A DNA stretch of 64,000 nucleotides from an uncultured Desulfobacter sp. (GTDB taxonomy: Bacteria > Desulfobacterota > Desulfobacteria > Desulfobacterales > Desulfobacteraceae): positions 3,968,001-4,032,000 of the forward strand of contig OY762069.1 in assembly GCA_963665095.1 (NCBI GenBank), in the 5' to 3' direction. A model generated the notes under the pieces. That model was not told where the DNA came from. It was given only the letters and a program-made list of their open reading frames with translations, and did no database searches. Position 1 is the stretch's first letter. Each line of letters starts with the position of its first letter. The translations under genes and the position numbers were made by a program. Below, in pieces: positions 59,431 through 64,000 of this stretch.

Positions 59431-59917
59431 GCTGTCCGACTTAACTTTCGACCGTTTTTATCAGACATACAAAGACCGAATTGTTTCCTACCTGTTTAAA
59501 CTGACAGGCGATTACCAGAACTCACTGGATTTTATGCAGGAAAGCTTTGCCCGGTATTTTTCCCGTTACCGGCACCGGGAAAAAAGCCAGGCATTGTTAT
59601 TTACCATAGCCAGAAACACGGTATTTGATTCTGCAAGGAAAAATAAGAGGGAAACCGTTGCAGACAGCATTGAACCGGTCTGTGATGAAACCCCGGAGGC
59701 GCAACTGATACAAAAACAGAAGGGTGCGCATATTGCCCGGGCCTTTGGACAACTTTCCTCGGATGACCAGCAGCTGCTTTCCATGGTCTCTTCGCAAAAC
59801 CTGACATACCGGCAGATTGGAAACCGTCTGGGTTTAAGTGAAAGTAACGTCAAGGTCAGGGTTCACCGGGCCAGAATCAGGCTCATGGGCCTTCTTAAAA
59901 ACGGAGAAGAACAATGA
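59381..59917 (+). CDS. ECF sigma factor (sigma70 group 4); start uncertain
   Basis: Region 2 FDRFYQTYKDRIVSYL..DFMQESF..LFTIARN; region 4 LTYRQIGNRLGLSESNVKVRVHRARIRL. No in-frame ATG before region 2; GTG candidates at 59348, 59372 and 59381. Confidence 0.85.
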   Translation: MEGKGETVQADPAGANELSDLTFDRFYQTYKDRIVSYLFKLTGDYQNSLDFMQESFARYFSRYRHREKSQALLFTIARNTVFDSARKNKRETVADSIEPVCDETPEAQLIQKQKGAHIARAFGQLSSDDQQLLSMVSSQNLTYRQIGNRLGLSESNVKVRVHRARIRLMGLLKNGEEQ

Positions 59918-60462
59918 AACACCTTTCCAGCCAATATATTGATGATGAGATGACCCTTCAGGAAAAACAAACCTTCATCACCAGCATCCGAAAGGATGAA
60001 CAATTTTACATAATTACCCGAGATCTGATTGAACAGGAACAAGTGTTGCGTTCTCATTTATCAGCATTAAAACCGAAACTTCGTGGATTACAGATATCAA
60101 AAGCAAAACCCATTGGGTATGCCCTGGCATGTTCAGTCCTGGTGGTATTGGGCTATCTTTTAAATATTCACTCCCCGGAGACAGTCGCGCCTCCCCTTGT
60201 AAGCAGCCGGTTTATTATTTACCAGCCTGAGGCCCACCAGGTGGAACTGGCAGGATCTTTCAACGGATGGAAAAAAATCCCACTGACACCCATTGGAAGC
60301 AGTGGCTACTGGGAAGTACGCATTCCGCTTTCGTCCGGTGAGTACCGGTTTGCCTATATCCTGAACGGAGATAAGAAAATTGCCGATCCAACCGTCCCTG
60401 GAAGGGAACAGGATGATTTTGGAGGTGTTAATTCTATTTTACACATTGAGATACCCATATGA
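59914..60462 (+). CDS. putative transmembrane anti-sigma factor with C-terminal CBM48/AMPK-beta-like domain
   Basis: ASD-like N-terminus LSSQYIDDEM, one TM, then AHQVELAGSFNGW..GYWEVRIPLSSGEYRFAYILNG..ADP..DDFGGVNS; ATGA overlap with the sigma gene. Confidence 0.8.
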   Translation: MKHLSSQYIDDEMTLQEKQTFITSIRKDEQFYIITRDLIEQEQVLRSHLSALKPKLRGLQISKAKPIGYALACSVLVVLGYLLNIHSPETVAPPLVSSRFIIYQPEAHQVELAGSFNGWKKIPLTPIGSSGYWEVRIPLSSGEYRFAYILNGDKKIADPTVPGREQDDFGGVNSILHIEIPI

Positions 60463-60794
60463 TGAAGTACATGGCAACCTTTTGTCTGGCAGTCGCCATT
60501 GCAGCCGGATGCAGCCGCACACACTATTACAGGCGGGGAAAGGATAATCTGGTATTGTATCTGAAAGCACCTGCCGCCCAAAAGGTCTTTTTTGTATCAA
60601 ACCTGAATAATTTCAAACCGGTTCCGGCACAGAAAGTGTCTGGAGCCTGGGAGATTCACCTGCCGGCCGGCAGGTCTTTTTCTTATTTTTATATTGTTGA
60701 TAATCACCCGGTGACACCTGCATGTCGTTTGAAAGAAACGGATGATTTCGGATCTGAGAACTGTATTTTTGATCCGGATGTTACCAGGAATTGA
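60459..60794 (+). CDS. lipoprotein with degenerate CBM48-like domain
   Basis: Lipobox IAAGC; APAAQKVFFVSNLNNF..GAWEIHLP..YFYIVD..DDFGSENCI; overlaps the previous gene. Confidence 0.75.
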   Translation: MMKYMATFCLAVAIAAGCSRTHYYRRGKDNLVLYLKAPAAQKVFFVSNLNNFKPVPAQKVSGAWEIHLPAGRSFSYFYIVDNHPVTPACRLKETDDFGSENCIFDPDVTRN

Positions 60795-60946
60795 TGCGCC
60801 TGTTATACGCACCATATAACCTGAAAATGAAATTCAGACAGAAGACCGAGCAGGAACCCGCCTTAAACCTGCAGACACACAGACGGGTTCCATACTGGGA
60901 AGGGCTTTTAGGCAGCAAGTTAAAATAACTTATTCACCTTGCTGCC

Positions 60947-62932
60947 CTACAGTTTAAATCTGGCAACCATCTGGTTGAGGGTCTCGGCCAGCTTGGACAG
61001 CTCTGAAGCGCTTTCATGGACCTGAAGGCTGCCGCTATGCATCTCATCTGATGCCTGGCTGACCATGTGAACATCCTTGCTCACTTCGCCAGCCACAGCA
61101 GACGCCTGGTTGATGTTTTCATTCACTTCATGTACCCCCTGACCCGCCTGACTCACATTATGGGCAATTTCCTGGGTGGTGGCACTCTGCTCTTCAATGG
61201 CTGCCGCAACCGATGTCACAATGGTGTTAATTTCACTGATAACCCCCACAATGGATTTTATGGCAGCCACCGATTCCTTTGTGGTCGCCTGCACTTCGCC
61301 GATCCTGGCACCGATTTCGCTGGTGGCTTCAGCTGTCTGCTGGGCAAGGGTCTTGATCTCTCCGGCCACCACGGCAAATCCTTTCCCGGCCTCTCCTGCC
61401 CTTGCCGCTTCAATGGTGGCGTTCAGTGCAAGCAGGTTGGTCTGTTCGGAAATGTCGGCAATAGTCTCCGTCACTTTACTGATCTGGGATGCAGCCTTCC
61501 CAAGATCGTTTACCTTATGAGACACCTCTTCGGCCTTTTTCACGGCTTCCATTGTTGTATGGCTGCCATTCGCCGTGTTGGATGCAATTTCAGAAATAGT
61601 GGCAGACATCTCTTCGGCAGCGGCAACGATCATCTGAATATTGTTGGCAGTCTGTTCTGTGGCAGCAGCCACACCATTCATGTTTACCGTCATTTCTTCA
61701 GCAGCAGCGGCGACACTGTTGGCCCTTTCCGATGTATGTTCGGAATTGTCCGCCATCTGTTCTGAAATGGATGACAGCTCAGTGGATGATGACGTGAGCG
61801 TCTGAGTGCTGCCTGTAATTTCTGTCAGCATATCTGTTAAATTCCGGGTCATTTTTTTCATACTGGCATAAATACCGGTTAATTCCCCGCCGTTTTCCCG
61901 GAAAACAAACGTCAGATCGCCTGCCGCAATATGATCGGCAATGCTGGCAATATCAGAGGGTTCCCCGCCAAGCTGGGCCATGAGACCCTTGACAAACCAA
62001 AGGATGCCAACCACAACAATCACCAGAAAAACCCCACCAACGAGAATGGCCATCCTCTGCATGTAATGGACTGCTCCTAAGAACTCATCTTCATTCTGGG
62101 TCACTGTAATGCTCCAGCCCGTGGACTTGACAGGGGAAAATCCGGCAATTTTATCCACACCGTTAAACTGGTAGGCTTCCACACCTTCCTTTTGGGCAAT
62201 CATTTGTTCGGCAATTTTTTCCATTCCCTTTGTCTTGGCAATATTGGTCTCAAAAAGCCGTTCAGCAGAGGGATGCGAAATAACCAGTCCCGTTTTGTCA
62301 ATCATAAACGGGTATCCTGTCTTTCCAATCTTCACTGCTGTAATTTTATCACTCAGCCTATCCAGCTTGATAACAAATATAAATGCGCCGCCAAATTGAC
62401 CCGAAGGGGTATTTAAAGGGACTGCAAGGCTGACAATGGGAGATCCTGTGGCCTTGGATAAAAGGGGTTCGCTTAAGTTGCTCTGACCCTGTTTCGCAAC
62501 TTTGAAATAATTTCTATCGCCAATGGAAGCGCCAAGCAATTTTTGGGTATTGTCAGCTACAATTTCCCCGTCCTTGTTTGTAACGAGAATACTTTCATAA
62601 CGTCCATGGCATTTATTGAAAGCTGCCACAATAAATGCTTCCAGGTCATGTAATTCCTGCTTTGCAGCAGCTGCACCTGAATTATACACCCTGGAAACAG
62701 CCTTTATTACCACAGGGGCCTGGGCCAGTGATTCAGCATAAATATTTTCCTGATTAATAATTTCTTCTGCCAGCACAGCCAGATCGCGGGAAACCTGCAT
62801 AGCCTGAAATTCTGCACTTGAGACCAACGCTTTGGTGGATTTGCTCACGGAGAGATATCCAACAATAGCCAGCGGGAGCATGGAGGCAATAACACCTCCA
62901 AGGATCAGTTTGGATTTCAGCGATAGTTTCAT
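60947..62932 (-). CDS. methyl-accepting chemotaxis protein with dCache-type sensor
   Basis: Two TMs flanking a Cache domain ([18 protein letters not shown]); signalling tip [33 protein letters not shown]. Confidence 0.95.
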   Translation of the reverse strand: MKLSLKSKLILGGVIASMLPLAIVGYLSVSKSTKALVSSAEFQAMQVSRDLAVLAEEIINQENIYAESLAQAPVVIKAVSRVYNSGAAAAKQELHDLEAFIVAAFNKCHGRYESILVTNKDGEIVADNTQKLLGASIGDRNYFKVAKQGQSNLSEPLLSKATGSPIVSLAVPLNTPSGQFGGAFIFVIKLDRLSDKITAVKIGKTGYPFMIDKTGLVISHPSAERLFETNIAKTKGMEKIAEQMIAQKEGVEAYQFNGVDKIAGFSPVKSTGWSITVTQNEDEFLGAVHYMQRMAILVGGVFLVIVVVGILWFVKGLMAQLGGEPSDIASIADHIAAGDLTFVFRENGGELTGIYASMKKMTRNLTDMLTEITGSTQTLTSSSTELSSISEQMADNSEHTSERANSVAAAAEEMTVNMNGVAAATEQTANNIQMIVAAAEEMSATISEIASNTANGSHTTMEAVKKAEEVSHKVNDLGKAASQISKVTETIADISEQTNLLALNATIEAARAGEAGKGFAVVAGEIKTLAQQTAEATSEIGARIGEVQATTKESVAAIKSIVGVISEINTIVTSVAAAIEEQSATTQEIAHNVSQAGQGVHEVNENINQASAVAGEVSKDVHMVSQASDEMHSGSLQVHESASELSKLAETLNQMVARFKL

Positions 62933-63208
62933 TTAAAGCCTCCTTTTCCTATCCACATTCACGTTAAAAAACATAATCATCGAAGTTAAACGCACTACAA
63001 CGGCGGTAATGCTGATATAATCGTAATATGACATCTGCCGTATTTCCTGGAGAGTTTGAAAATACACAATTGTAATCAATAAATAAGGAAAAAGCAAAAA
63101 AATTACTATGGTTGGCTTTTTTTTAATATATCTGCCACTCACCGGCACCAATTATCACCTTGACCAATGGATAAGAACACTGATATAGGCTTTTCATTTT
63201 AGCAAGGT

Positions 63209-64000
63209 ATGACGGTGACACCATTTAAACACAGTTCAAATCCCACCATATTTTTCGGAACCGGAGAAATCAGCAGACTTGCCGGACTGGTTGAATCCTT
63301 GAGCCCTGTTTTTTTTATTACCGGTTCTCATATGATCAATACCCGGGCCTGGATTGAACTTGAAACCCGTCTGTGTCAGACGAAATGCCGGTTCCAAAGA
63401 GAAACGGTTCATGGAGAACCCGCCCCTGAAATCGTGGACAGCCTGACAGACCAGGCCCGTCAGTTTAAGGCTGGCTGTGTTGTGGCCATAGGTGGGGGAT
63501 CGGTCCTGGATGCCGGAAAAGCAGTGGCAGCCATGATCTGTCATGAGGGCGCGGTGGAGGAATTTCTGGAAGGTATAGGAAAAAAAAGACCCAGGGGCCT
63601 TACCTTGCCTTTCATCGCGGTTCCCACCACCGCCGGCACCGGAAGTGAAGCCACAAAAAACGCAGTTATCAGCCGGCCAGGCCCCAAAGGGTTTAAAAAA
63701 TCCTTCCGTCATGATGCCTTTGTTCCTTCAATCGCTGTAATTGATCCCCTGCTGGCAGTTGGCTGCCCCCCGGACGTTACTCTGGCCTGTGCCATGGATG
63801 CCTTAAGCCAGCTTCTGGAAGCCCGGGTTTCAACCTTAGCCACCCCCATGACAGAGGCATTAAGCCGGCAGGGGCTGCGCTCTTTCGTCCTTGGCAGCAG
63901 GCTGTTTTCAGACGACCTCTACCAAAGCAGTGAAGAGCCGGCACTGCGTTCTCACCTGGCCATGGCCGCCTACCTGTCCGGGGTCAGCCTGGCCAATGCC
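63209..64000 (+). CDS. iron-containing alcohol dehydrogenase (runs off window end)
   Basis: Read by hand from ATG 63209: PTIFFGTG, ENPP, VVAIGGGSVLDAGKA, VPTTAGTGSEAT, AVIDPLL, MDALSQLLEA; no stop before 64000. Confidence 0.92.
   Translation, partial: MTVTPFKHSSNPTIFFGTGEISRLAGLVESLSPVFFITGSHMINTRAWIELETRLCQTKCRFQRETVHGEPAPEIVDSLTDQARQFKAGCVVAIGGGSVLDAGKAVAAMICHEGAVEEFLEGIGKKRPRGLTLPFIAVPTTAGTGSEATKNAVISRPGPKGFKKSFRHDAFVPSIAVIDPLLAVGCPPDVTLACAMDALSQLLEARVSTLATPMTEALSRQGLRSFVLGSRLFSDDLYQSSEEPALRSHLAMAAYLSGVSLANA

Noticed and set aside
63236..63712. 158-aa minus-strand ORF
   Set aside because: Shadow of the plus-strand Fe-ADH, which the ORF track missed because it has no stop within the window.

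Overview
Gene-dense 64 kb bacterial chromosome segment. Gene content and style suggest a sulfate-reducing deltaproteobacterium (Desulfobacteraceae-like); this is an inference. No rRNA, tRNA, CRISPR array or intact transposase was seen. In order, the window holds: (1) a DnaE2-type polymerase and a stand-alone amtB with a sigma54 promoter; (2) a minus-strand signalling operon of DUF4384-like exported protein, CHASE2-adenylate cyclase, GAF-HD-GYP and exported caspase-family protease; (3) a decaying accessory patch with an orphan Cys-rich histidine kinase, a LivK-like pseudogene and an MFS remnant; (4) a TetR/carboxyltransferase/CoA-ligase module; (5) an amino-acid catabolic cluster with four PLP enzymes, a YgeY-like M20 hydrolase and a TRAP transporter; (6) a TetR-AcrAB-OprM efflux operon; (7) a beta-propeller/Y_Y_Y-HD-GYP receptor; (8) housekeeping genes (fbaA, nadE, SpoU methylase); (9) a ~13 kb acyl-CoA/beta-oxidation island; (10) an ECF sigma/anti-sigma operon with CBM48-like domains; (11) an MCP and a truncated Fe-ADH. 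The best candidates for undescribed biology are the island's 17-bp palindromic operator (TARYTAYAwTRTARYTA), repeated in its promoters with only a GNAT/AbrB-like DUF2080/GNAT trio as local regulatory candidates, and the CBM48-linked ECF system. The caspase/cyclic-nucleotide operon, the four-PLP TRAP cluster and a modular palindromic MITE-like repeat family (4 copies) also merit follow-up.
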